The notes below the pieces were generated by a model that worked only from the letters and a program-made list of their open reading frames with translations, was not told where the DNA came from and did not search any database. Of a stretch of 64,000 nucleotides of DNA, positions 27,682 to 40,193 are shown one piece after another. The stretch comes from Bugula neritina (Eukaryota; Animalia; Bryozoa), in contig OZ037772.1 of NCBI GenBank assembly GCA_964035545.1, forward strand, positions 12,770,818 to 12,834,817, given 5' to 3'. Both the position numbers and the translations under genes were made by a program. The first letter of the stretch is position 1; each line of letters starts with the position of its first letter.

Positions 27682-30600
27682 CTAAACTTTCTTTTCTGAC
27701 TGCGGTGCTGTGTTAGCCATAAATGAGTCATCAAAATGGCCCTCTGTAGCAAGCTGAGAATACCTTTCTTGAGAGAAGAGCTCAATGTTGGCTACTTGAT
27801 GTGGATAGTCACACTCTATGTCTTTGAAAGCTTGGCTCAGCACCACTGCCTGGTAGATGGGGGTTCTAAGCCCAAAGTTTACAGTGGACACAATCTCTCC
27901 AATAAGCATTCCAAGTGGCAAGAATTGAATTCCTTTTAAAACATAGAGTAAGCTTCCGCAATCTCCTGCGTTCAGATTCCTTGAAAATGCATTCAAAAGA
28001 AACTATTGTAATAATTCATTGTATTCTTCGATTATTTAAAAGTTGTGGTGTGAAGGACCTTATGCAACCTACAGTAATATTAGCAAAAGCTAAAAAAACA
28101 CATCAATTTTAAGTTTTTTTCTATTGAATTACATATTTGTAATGCATATTATGATGTATTTTTAAAAAAACTTGAGTGTATTAAAATAGAACTTACAGCA
28201 TATCTCCAGATGAGTCTTGTGAAGTCAATGCAAAGTTGATGTGGAGCCCAAACTTGGGTTTATCCAGGCTGTGTCTTAATCTAATATATACAATCTTTCC
28301 ATACATTCCTTGAATCAACACTTCCTGGCCAACCAGCTGTCTCAACTCTTCTTCTGTAGATATTTGCACGAGGTTGTTAGAAATCTGAAAACCTGTTGCC
28401 TGATTGCTATTTTCCTTTTTGATATTTTCTTCAAGGAATTTATTGCTTCTGCTGTCTAACACACTTTGCAGATGATAAGCCTGGCTGTGATGAATAGGTA
28501 CAAGTGCTATGTCATTCATAAACTTGTGAGGACATTGATGTAAAGTAGGCTGTGTACACTTTAGTTGAGGACAATCAAATTGACCCACCTGATAATACCA
28601 ATGGCGGTAGCCTAACAATAGAGGGTGTCCTAAGTCGACAGAGTATTTGCTCTCCTGCTTATCCACACACACAAAATGTAGGCTCCTGGAAGACTGGCCT
28701 TCAACTTCAGCTCGGACTTTTGAAATTAATGGTATTCTTTCTTCATCCCTGTTAGCATTATCTTCCGCTAAAACTAACTTTGCTGACTTTTCTGGTGAGA
28801 CACCTGAAGCCTCTTTGGTGCCAAGTTCAGTTTCATTATCGTGAATGGCAAGCTGCTTTAAATAAAATTTTTCTGGGGCTGCTAATTCTTGATTTTGTTT
28901 TGGGGTAAGGATTAAATGTGCTGGAGCCACTGCATACACCGACTTTTTTCCAGAAGGATCTTCTCTCCAAGTACAGCATGTATCAGCAAAAGCAAAAAGC
29001 TCACAAGTAGCATTTTGGGTAGGCTGCCACTTTTCCTTGTGCAATTTCTTTTGATGGAAGCTCAATACCTTTTCCCAGCTAAGCATTTTCATTGTGAAAG
29101 AATGGGTACCATCAATAAAATTAATTTCAAAATCTTTTAAGGATTCGCTTTGCAAGTATTCGTGAAGATCCTGTTTTATATTCAAAACATTTTGGCCAAT
29201 GATATAAATTTGTCTCCAGTCATCAGCAGATTGTATAACAGCGGTAGGTACGATGGCATGGCTTTCAAAAAGTCTACAAAACGATATATTTTTATTTGCT
29301 GCTCCATCTAGTGGTGCTTTAGCATAAGCTGTTAACTAAATTAAAATAAATAAATTATTGTTTGCTAAATGAAGATAATTATTTTGTTGTAATCAAAAGT
29401 ATATAAGTTTATTAAGATTTATAATGTCAAAATATGTTGATTAAAAGAAAAAAATTAACCAATAATGGCACTTCTATGATGGATTTTTGAAAAACGTAGT
29501 TACATCTTAAAATTTCAGAGCTAGAATTTTGTGGAAATAGAGAATTTGAAGATTGTTGAAAAAATCATTGAAATTTTTGTGGCCTTGTGACTTTAGTTGC
29601 AATAAAGGTGAGGTAGTTAATTGGCAAAATCACTTGAAATGTGATAGATTCATGAAGTAAAGCATTAAAAAATTCTTCAATTTGTATTTGTATGCAAATT
29701 ATCTTATGATTAATTTGAGTTAATACATAAACTGTAGTTAGAACTGCTAAATAATTCCATGATACCTTTCAATTTCAGCAGTCAACGACTCTGGTATGGG
29801 TTTGTATGGAGCTTGAGGTGTCAGGCTTCTAGTAATCTGATTTAGTACAACTTTAGCTGCAAATAAATTATAAAATAAACAGCAACATTTTAGTTTTCAA
29901 TATTAAATAATAAAATATTAGTACTGCTATTTGAAAAAAATATATGTCAATTATAGCAGAACATTAAACTTAGTATAATTACGATTATATATATTTACTA
30001 CTTCAAATTCAAAATTTTACATCAGACATGTGTTTGGAACTCATTTGCTAGCTCTTTTGGTGAAGAAAACAATAAAACCTAACTGCTGGTTAGCCCACCA
30101 GCCCTGCATTTTGTGCTTCGATCAAAATGGAAAAATGCAAATAAATTTAAAATCTGTTATGTCTAAGTGAAGCGAACTACAATTTAAAAAGCCAAATGGC
30201 AACATTTGTGTGCACTTTAAGCATCTTGAACAGTTTATAATTTAAACTACAAACAATCACTATAGTAAAGCTGTAACTATTATTTCTTTTGTTGTTTACT
30301 GCATAATCAGCTTTGACAATTAAGTTAGAAACTAGAAAATCTCAATCTAGTTTAAATTATAGAGAAAATATGTGCTAAAAGTTATTGAAACCAAGAATAT
30401 CCTATCCAATGCCAAACTCCACTTGAATAAAAAGATTCTTACTAAAATTGTCAAATGTTGACTTTAGGGCATTGACTTCTTGCTGCAGCCTTCCAATTTC
30501 AGCACTCTGATTCTGAAGCTGTGTGTGGACTTCTGTCCTAAATGGTTCAGAGTCTTTACCCTCAACAATCCCTTCTACTCTACTCTTCAGCTCATTGAAC

Positions 30601-31494
30601 GTTCTGCTCATATCCTCAAATCTGATTTTCAACTCTTGCTTCTCTTCCCCAGAGACCTCTTGATCAAGCTCATTTCTGTATTCTCTGAACTTTATATCGG
30701 CTAGATAGTAGGACTCAAATAGTTTGTCTACTTCATTGCCCACCAGTAAATCACTCTCTTCCGTGTCGAGGCTTGAAATACGTTTTACAATTTCACCAAG
30801 ACCAGAGCCATAAATGTTATTAAAAGTTGCAAATTTTATAGGAATATTCTGCTCTGAACAGTAGTTTTCCTACAAAACAAATTAACAGAATAATATTGTT
30901 ATGAGCTTATTCATTTCGAAATTTCAAACTTTGATAACATTTACTATATGACTATATAAAGTATTAAAGCGTTATCAATATTTTAGTACAGCAAATAAAA
31001 TAAGCTTGCATTTGAATAAAACTCTTAAGGAAATCATTATAGTTGTTAATGCAATAATTTTTTTCCAAATATAGCTACATACAGCCTTAATTACATTTCT
31101 CATAGTAGAGGCAACATAATATTGATAGATCCAGGTATTTATATTACATCCAATCATCAGATAGAATACTTCCGGTAGCCATGAGAACCTGCTGGAAGTG
31201 TTTTAATGCTACATACTTCTCAGCCTGAGCATCATTCTAACTTACCCCATAACTTCTAGACCTCATGTTGGAAACACTCACTGCCACTTTGTCAACACCA
31301 TCTAATAATAGAAGATTAACATTTCTTCAGATAAAATCTTCAGATAAAATGTTAAGATGTAATACATTATATCTTAACATTTTATCGTTGCTACTCTAAA
31401 GATGGGCACAGTGGTGCCCGAAATATCAGTAATAAAGTAATAAATCAACAATGTTTCTCGTATACTTATTTATTATTAAATTATTAGCTCGCAA

Positions 31495-31540
<46 letters not shown>

Positions 31541-32651
31541 CTGTAATATAATTCTTAATCAAAGCCTTACTTGCTTGTAATGGTAGTTGTTCCGAGCACA
31601 CTTTACAAAATGAGTCACTGCTACAAAATAAAACATACATCATTCAGGAAACTATCTATCAACTTCTAGTTCAAAGAAAATTAAATATTATAATACAAAA
31701 CTTGCTTAAGAGATCAGGCCGAAGACCAAATTTGGCCCTTTTTTATTTAAACTAAGGCTTTTTCACCCACTATTTGCCTTTAGTTAAGAGAAACTTTGTA
31801 GGACTACCTCAAATCCAAACAGGGCTTGCAGATGTAATGGTTGTTACTGCACCACTTAATTTCTGGAAAGCCTAAATCTTTTTCACAAATGCTACAAGTA
31901 GGCTTACCAAGCACCTAAAAGTAACAATGGACATATTACAACAATGTCTAAAATTAAAGCCGTAATGGACCCTTTTCAGAGGTCTCTGATTATCTCTTTA
32001 CAATTAAGAGTTGTGGTCTCCTAAAGGGAATAGGTTGAACCTTTGTATAATGAGCAAACTCATTAAAAATTTACAGTTTGGCTGCTACTTAAAATTCTAA
32101 TTCTAAGATGGATATTTTGGTATAAGCACGCATATTATTAGCAGTTCAAAATTTTTTTTAAAAATATTTCTTCATGGATAACTTTGACAAAAATAATCTT
32201 GAAAGCATACTTTGTTTCAAAAAGCATTAACTTAAAGCACTACAACGTAATAATATATTTTAAATTGTTACGGTCTTAGAAGTTTCTGATTCAGCCATTT
32301 TCTTTGCTATACACACTAAAATAAAAATGATAATATCATATAATTACAGTTAGGCAAACTAAAAGCAAACAGCTACTGTCAAATCAAAATTTCTAGACGT
32401 ATAATATAAGAGTTTGTATGAATTCTTATGTTATTATGAAGGTCTAGAAAGTGCCTTTTAATGCAATGCATGGAAATAATAGCAATTAGTGAAAATTATA
32501 TTTAATCTGATAATTTTTGTTTTTCCACTTTAGCTCTAATGGTATCAATAACTCGTAAACCTAAGCAAAGCTAACACAAATTAAAGCTAAAAGGAAAGTG
32601 GTTTGACTTACAATAATCAACTTCTTCTGATCTCAAAGAAAACTTGACCAT
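27682..32651 (-). CDS. Coiled-coil plus chymotrypsin-fold (PA clan) protease with a predicted His-Asp-Cys triad, ~660 aa, 6 coding exons
   Basis: Phase-consistent GT-AG exons 32651-32612, 31620-31571, 30869-30443, 29856-29766, 29273-28197 and 27979-27682 (1983 nt). Motifs: YAVAPAH (His codon 28918-28916), NDIALV (Asp 28513-28511), AGDCGSLLYV (Cys TGC 27960-27958), then LGMLIG. The first two exons are less certain. Confidence 0.75.
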
Positions 32652-33616
32652 CGCACACGTTGATGCAAACTCTCATATTTTTGAGACTTTTTTTAAAAAA
32701 TGACCGATCTACAAAAAAGCAAGTCATTAACGTTATTATTGTGCCTAACGACAAAAAACCAAACTTGAAGCAAAGCCAGCACAGCACTGTTTTATACTAA
32801 TTGATCTACTAACTTAAGCACTATTGTGATGGATTTACATAATATAATAATGTGGAATTATCTTCCCTCTGTTTGGGGAATACTAAAGGACATATTATTG
32901 TGCCTAATATGAAAAAACAAACTTGAAGCAAAACCATCACAGCACCTGTTTTATGCTAATTTATCTACTAACCTAAGCACTATAGAAATGAGACACTTGA
33001 AAATGCATAATAATATGTATAGATAAGAACTTTCAACCTAACAAAAACACAATGTGCTCATCATTTTACCTAATGAGGCAGTTTTTGGTGAAGCTTGTTT
33101 GGTTTTATTTAAAACTCTTCTGCATAAGGTTTAAACTGACCTCAACTTCTTCTAATGTACTACATGTCGTATATACAAATTCACTGAATTAAGCGCTTTA
33201 CAACTCGCCATGGTCTCCCCAACTTATCCCTTACACAGTTTGAAAATACCATCAGCTTGGTTGGATACCCTATCATTTGTTTGATCACTGGACTATATAC
33301 TATATATCTAATGTTATCAGCTTGCCCATAGGTTATTAATTTTTCGATATGGGAGCTTTTAATACTTGATAGAATAGGATAACCTGTCGCTTAAGCTATA
33401 TATAGATGGGAAAATATACTATTAAGCATTTCAAACACTTCACATTGCAACTTATGATATTTTGTAGCTCGGTGTTGATTATGGATGTGATTTCTTCAAC
33501 ATGACTATTGAAATTACTGGGAACAATTTTTATGCTACAAGATTACTATACAGGTCATCCTGGAGCTTATAACTTTTGGTGATAGTTATCAATTACTTTA
33601 AGTCTTTCAACTATAC

Positions 33617-34007
33617 CACGGGTGTCCAACTTTTTCAGAGCAAGAGCTACTAAAAGGGAACATTTCAATGATGAGGGCCACATTGTCAACTTTAGATTGT
33701 GCTGGGGGCCACAGCATTAGTGTTTTCAAATTACTTTATTCCAAACTCTTATGAATAGTTGCACAATAAAGTTCAAATAGTGACTACAGGCTGCATGTTT
33801 TGTAGTATGTGTATAAATAGGACATTAATTTAAAAGGTGGTTTTCCATTCTAATTCATATACGGTGTGAGAATAATTTTATGTGCTTATATGCACTAAAC
33901 TGAAACTATATAAACTATATAGTTCAATGGTGTTATGTCTCTGAGGGCCACATAAATGTAGGCTAGGGGCCACATCCAGCCCTGGGGCCGCCTGTTGGAC
34001 AGCCCTG
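33617..34007. mobile_element. hAT (Charlie-like) MITE
   Basis: TIRs cacgggtgtccaac / gttggacagccctg, internal gggccaca motifs, and a degraded 8-bp TSD (aactatac / atccatac). Confidence 0.7.
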
Positions 34008-35000
34008 ATCCATACTCTCTCAGTCCAGCGTATGACCATGTATATCAGTATATATCACTTATATACTGTAGAATATACATCAGTGTATATACAAGTATAA
34101 CAAGCTGATGATTCCTATATAACCCTAAACCAACAGAAGAGGAACATATTTTATGAAGTTTTCTGTAAGATACATTGTGTGGGTCAACTTTTATATATGG
34201 TTTAGCTTGGAGAATTAGAATAAACACTAGATTATTTTAAAAAGAATCCTAGCTAAAACTTAACAGGACAATACAATTTCTTATAGCCAACTTAACAAAA
34301 GAATAAATAACTCTTCAAAAATTTTGGTAGATGAGCTCGCTTAAAAATCAAATTTTAAGGTGTTTTAGTGCAAAATATGTGGTATCCAGATATCTGGGAC
34401 AGGGTTAAGGGCTATAGAATATGCTTGAAGCTGGTGAGACAGAGGAGAATAATTTTTGTGTGCATTGTTACATTTTACAAAAATCTTATAATTACAAACT
34501 CATCATATTTACTTTTAGACTTATAGCAACATCTTGCCATGAGAATATATTAATTCAGATAAGAGTTTAAAAAAATAGGCTTTCCAATTCTTTAAAAACC
34601 ACAGATATTTTTGTATTGTTGGGTTAATATCAATATATTGTATATAATGGGTAGAAATTTCAGAGTTTTAGCCCTCTGTATAAGTGCTGAATGTTTGAAA
34701 TTGCAGTGATTATTATTTAATCTTTTAACAACTGCTTGCACTATTATTTGTACAGCAGTGAGAGCTACCATTACTGTATAACTGTTTTCTAGTTGCATAC
34801 ACATTATAGCTTACAACGCAATAGAATCTTCCATAATTACTTCAGCTAGTATAACCATTTATACCAGCTTATATAGTGTCACATCTCCTTACACACCAGT
34901 AAACTCCTACTATCAATAGATAGTGCTGCAAATTCTATATGTTGCTAGAATTCTACTATTAAACTTTTTAATGTAGATTGTAGATATTTACATTTTCAGT

Positions 35001-35452
35001 AGGTGTCATTCCAATTAGACGCTATAAGACTAAATTTCCCAGTTGGACGCTATTTATTTATTTCAGTACAATATATATTTTATGTGCAATTTATTTGAAT
35101 ATTGTCGAAATATATCTATATTTAAATAAACTTGGACCAATTGCTTGTTATTTAGCACATAAAAAATTTCCTTTGATCTGCATTAACTTATTATTTTGCA
35201 TTTTCTATACTTCCGGTTGTTTGAAAAGATATTTCGTTAGTAAGTATTTATTAAAAATAATATCTATCATCCATGAATTACTGTTTTCTGCCCCACAAAA
35301 GTCTGTGAAAATTGGATTACTATTCCAGATAATTTATATTAGTTATTATAACTATAAGCATATTAGCTATTTAGCAATCAATACAATAGTTATGTAGATA
35401 CCCAAATAAAAAATAGCGTCTAAGCAGGTAACGTCTATCTGGGATGAAACCT
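35001..35452. mobile_element. Degenerate MITE
   Basis: Imperfect inverted termini aggtgtcattccaattagacg / cgtctatctgggatgaaacct, plus gacgctattt / aaatagcgtc. Confidence 0.45.
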
Positions 35453-35780
35453 TCCAGTAAAGCCACTTTCTGAATTGAAGTGGGCTAAGCATGTTACTAG
35501 AGTTGTTTTTCCAACTGGTGAATTGAGGTATTCTTTGATTGAATTAACATCTAATTGCAGTAGATTTAACAGTCCACTCTCAAGTTATAGACGTGCTTCT
35601 GAGGGGGAATTGCGGTAGGCTGGAGGCTCACAGGTCAATCAACATGAATATGGATCTAGATTGGCTGTACTTGTACTTGTAGGTTACAGTTACCAGTTAG
35701 TAATTAATAATAATAGTGAGCAACCGCAACTATCAGGGTGCATGTGATAGCATGAGTATGGCTATTAGTATTACCGTGAC

Positions 35781-37576
35781 CAGGGATGTAGTGGTACCCA
35801 TACGGTCCCATACGCCGTATGGCCTAGAAGAAAATAGGCTGTTCTTGGCCATACGCCCGTATGGGCATATATTTTTTGAAAGTGTTACTGATTAGTGCAC
35901 AGGATAGTTAGGGCATCCTCACTGAGACTATCATAAATTTCGCTCATAATCTAGTTTAAGTTCTTGTTATGTTAATGCTATGTGGGTGGCATGCGTGTTG
36001 CCTACTTGTGATTGTTTAGCCTGAGATTACACTATGAATATAAGCAGCTATTAACATTCCATCTTCTCATCTCTACGTGTTCACTGAAGCGCGAAATGCT
36101 GCGCATTAGTGATTACTAAGGAAAAAATATTTCAACTTCAGTGTATAAATCACTAACTTGTAGAAAATCTATGAAGGCTATTGAAAAGATAAGAAAGTTT
36201 GCTATGCATAAATTTCTCAGGTTTCCGACAGTGTTTGTTTTATTCAAATACCATGCTTTCCTGCTGAGATATTTGGCAGGGATTGAAAAATAAACTTTTC
36301 AGGTAAAATTGGCCAAAAATAGTAGATTTTTGTCTATAACCTTGCAAAAAAATATTGAAAATTTGAAAAATCAGGTGCTCTGAGGAACAGGAAGATCTAA
36401 AGCATAGTTTTTAAATTTTAATTCTAGCACAATTAGGCTAAGTATGGTTTTATTTGGCGGGACTGAATTCTTATAATATACCAATAATGTGGCCTCAGCA
36501 AGGCAGTGACAGCTAGAAGGTTGCCCTTATCTATCTTGTGTAGACTTGCATTTTGTCAATAAGCAATGAAATTTGAAAAAAAAACCAACTTGAAATCCAG
36601 AAATAAAATCAAAATGTCTTCAGGAAACAGTACCAGGTGTGTAGGAGAGGTTAATGAAAATTTATCACTGAGGTCTACAGGTACTATATCCACATTTTGG
36701 TTGCGTTATTGCATGTTAATGATCAATGCAATGAGGTTTTGCAAACTGAACACCACCATAAGTAACCTTTTATGTTTGATTGTACTACCGTCTGGCTTTA
36801 CATTTAATCATCTCCTAGGTTAACACATATTGAACCTGTCAAATTTGTTCTTTTGGGGTATATTTCCTTGATGTGTCTAGTGGAAGCTCAGGGGTTTTAC
36901 TTTAAAACTAAGTTAACATGCTATTCTTAGGTGTGCTTTATTGTGTGTAAGGAGGTGTGGTGGTATCTCCTTATGGATTAGACTAGTATTCTAATAAACT
37001 CCAAATAGGTTTTCAACCAATGAGTTATCAATTCAAATTGCTTTTTATAAATAACCAACACACATTTTCCGATTTGCAATCTTCCTCTGTCCTGATCTAT
37101 AATTCTTTTTCTGTGCACGTCAGTGTATTAGATATTTGAAGTAATCAGGTTACATTTGGAGAGCACTTGTTACCTGTCTCTATCCTTCCATCTTTTTGAG
37201 CTCTTCAGCAATTTTTCTGTACAGGTTGGACTTAGTGTCAGAACAAACCTAACTGCAGTTGTGTAAGACTACATTACATTACATTACAGTCAACAGGTAT
37301 GGGACAAGACTGAATATTTATGTAGTTTGCAGCAATGCCCAGTCGTCATGTAGCTGGTATGGTATGAAAATAATAGCGAGGTGCACATTTCAACACAGAT
37401 TTTTTTCAGAAGAATTATAATTCACAATGGCTTTAGATTGCATAAATTTGTATCAGAAGCGCTCTGAGGGCTTCGGCGGCCGGGGCGCTGCCCCGGACCC
37501 CGCCGGGGGCCTGGGCGGCCCCCTGGACCCCCGGCCTAAGAGTATGGCCTAGAATATTTTTGCCACTACATCCCTG
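35781..37576. mobile_element. Non-autonomous hAT DNA transposon (1796 bp)
   Basis: TIRs CAGGGATGTAGTGG / CCACTACATCCCTG with a perfect 8-bp TSD ACCGTGAC at 35773-35780 and 37577-37584. Subterminal ccatacg / gtatgg motifs. No intact transposase. Confidence 0.9.
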
Positions 37577-38988
37577 ACCGTGACTGTTATCTATGCCTCT
37601 CACTTTGTATCACACGCTGATAGTCATACTCATAGTCATAGTGATACTCTACTGATACACTTAATCTTATAAGTTACAACTCGGTATGAGTTTTAATTAA
37701 TACAATCATGATAAAAAAATTAAGCTGCTCTTAAACGTCGTTTTACCACCATTTTAGTTTAAGCTGCAACACTGAAAAAATACTGGTCATTGTGATAGTT
37801 ATACAGTTATACTTATACTAGAGTATTATTACTATTAATAGTAATATGGTGATCGAAAGACAGAGTTACACTTACTGTTAGTATTTACTTTTAGTTTTAG
37901 TCTTGGACTGTAACTTTAGGACTATCAGTAATGTGAATATAGCATCTTATTCTTATTTATTAAGATGTGACCTCACCTGTTTAGGCTTATGAAAGAAACT
38001 GGAAAATTACTATTTTGATAGAAAATAAAATGATAATTCTATTTTATTCTGCAGTTGCCGTCTGTGAAGAGTAGCGCTTTCCGATAATGTATAGAAAATC
38101 CACCTTTTACGCAGTAGAAGTACCTCAGTTTCGTTTTACATTAATGGAGTTATTTTCTTAAATGAGCACTAGTTTGAAAAACCAAACTTACATTCCTCGT
38201 GATATATATACCGCACCCTGAACGTATGCGCTATAATGTGCAGTTGTTTTGATAACGACGACAACTCCAAAGCTACGTTGGTTGAAGACCAGAATTTGCA
38301 TCTAAACTTAGTTGCTTTGTCAAAGCTCAAAAACAGAGACGTTGATTGGGGAATGGGTATTTTGCGCAAGCAGTTCCGCTTTTACTCGAGGCTACAAGTA
38401 GACGTGATAGTTAAAAAATTGAAGAATAATTTTATTAGTCAAGACTACCTCTTGAAGATTTGAGTAGGTTTTTACAATTTGAAAATTTAAAGAATTTTTT
38501 GCACATAAGTGAGCTAATCTGATTATTATTACATTTTACCATCATGTGCGAAGGGTACGAGCATTGAACTTATAGTTTCAGTTCAGTGGCCGTGGGTACG
38601 AAGTGAGCCTGTTTATACGAATGGTACTACTACATTCGTCATTCACCTTCAGTTTCACTTCAACACTTAGTTTTACATTATGATTATGACTTTGAGCATC
38701 ATTATATAATTTTAACTGTTAGACTTGAAGTTAGTGTTGTTAAAGCTGTTAAGCTGTTAAGCTGTTGAAGCTTGTTAATATGAACTTATTGAACAAAAAT
38801 ATGTCTATTCAGTATTCAGATGATATTTTATTATAATCATAATGAATATGATAGATTAAATTTAAAAGCTATTAAAATTAAATTAAACTTGATGTTTGAT
38901 AATCTAATGACTATGAGTAGAGACTAAGGGTAAGTTTAATCACCAATGAGTAATGACTAAATCTAATGACTATGAGTATAATAAGTAT

Positions 38989-39293
38989 TGTGGTGGCTCG
39001 TGGAGCTACCAGCAACACAATACGCAAGGTTGCGTATTGACCCGGAACAATGTATTAGCCAATTAGCTAAGCTGTTTTATAAGTAATAGTAGCCGCTTCG
39101 CGCTACTAGCTCAGTTGAGGATAGTGCTGTAAACTAAATAGACGTGCGTATCATTACTGTTGTACATTGGATTTCTATTATGTATTCTTGTATTAAATAT
39201 AACGATATCTACTCGACTTAACTGGTGAAGTTTCTCTAGTGTTAAATAGACTCTCTTGGTGACACATCAACCCTAAATCTGAAAACTATAACA
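38989..39293 (+). repeat. Gypsy 5' LTR
   Basis: Direct repeat of 46124-46428. Confidence 0.95.
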
Positions 39294-39294
39294 G

Positions 39295-39312
39295 TGGTGG
39301 CAGCGGTGGGAT
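39295..39312 (+). promoter_or_regulatory. Primer-binding site, tRNA-Leu
   Basis: TGGTGGCAGCGGTGGGAT, 1 nt after the 5' LTR, is complementary to the 3' end (..ATCCCACCGCTGCCACCA) of metazoan tRNA-Leu. Confidence 0.85.
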
Positions 39313-39326
39313 AGTGTATATCAAAG

Positions 39327-40193
39327 ATGGAGACTGAAAATGCTAGAATGCAACCACCCCCAGTAGAAGGTGAGCGTAGAAATGCTGTTAATCCTGTGAA
39401 TCGTGAAGGAGAAGAAGCTTATAGACATTGCTTGAAAGCTCCCACCTTTACTGGGTCGGAAGATGTCGAACAATTTATACAAGAATTTAGAGAGGTAATG
39501 GAAGTTGCTCAATGGCCGCATAGAGTGGCCCTTATCAAATTGCGGAGGGCGGTGACGGAGCAAGCCAAGCCGTACGGAGTGGGAACGGACGTAGACGGCA
39601 TACTGGCTGCGCTGCGGGCCCGTTTTGGCACCTCCGTCATAGACGCCAGGACCAAGCTGGAGAGATTGTGCCGCACCCCGGGGACCTCGCTACAAGAACA
39701 TGCTGCGACGGTGAAGAAGCTGGCGCAGATTGCATATAGCGATCTGCCAGCACAACACCAAGAGCGTTACACCTATGACGCCTTTGTCCAGTCCCTAAAC
39801 GACTTGGGCCTAGACCATCACCTACGGGCTAAAGGGATAACCAGAATAGAGGATGCCCTGAAGGCTGGAGAAGCTTACCTGTTGGCTACCCAAATGCATC
39901 GAGCACAACGGAACCCACCAGTAGTTGGAGTCAGCGCTGCTCGGGCTACGACAGGCTCCGAAGCCCTCCCGCTGGAAGCCGAAGTGGACCGTATGGTAGA
40001 GATGCTAGGACAATTGGTGACCATTCTGGCCGGTGCTGGCCCCGGTCAGGCCTTGCGGATGCCCCCAACACCTGTGGGGCAAGGCTGGAGTAGCGCTGAT
40101 CAGGACCAGGGACAGAAAGGACGACCCCAATACCAGGGGGCGTTAAACTGTCACGGCCCGCGGACACTCTCCCTCCCCGCAGGCCGCAACTAA
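39327..40193 (+). CDS. gag: Gypsy Gag
   Basis: First ORF after the PBS, with capsid-like motifs PTFTGSEDVEQFIQEF..W..LRARFG and SLQEHA..LAQIAY. Confidence 0.85.
   Translation: METENARMQPPPVEGERRNAVNPVNREGEEAYRHCLKAPTFTGSEDVEQFIQEFREVMEVAQWPHRVALIKLRRAVTEQAKPYGVGTDVDGILAALRARFGTSVIDARTKLERLCRTPGTSLQEHAATVKKLAQIAYSDLPAQHQERYTYDAFVQSLNDLGLDHHLRAKGITRIEDALKAGEAYLLATQMHRAQRNPPVVGVSAARATTGSEALPLEAEVDRMVEMLGQLVTILAGAGPGQALRMPPTPVGQGWSSADQDQGQKGRPQYQGALNCHGPRTLSLPAGRN

Noticed and set aside
27682-29273. Endogenous picorna-like virus as the direct source of the GDCGS protease
   Set aside because: The domain is interrupted by a spliceosomal intron, and there is no adjacent RdRp, helicase or capsid sequence. 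A recent viral insertion is unsupported; ancient domestication cannot be excluded.
32735-32983. ~90-bp direct duplication upstream of the protease start exon
   Set aside because: An ordinary diverged local duplication with no coding or structural signal.
38236-38463. ORF as the missing first exon of the plus-strand RING gene
   Set aside because: No resemblance to the paralog's first exon and no strong donor, so it is not supportable without transcripts.
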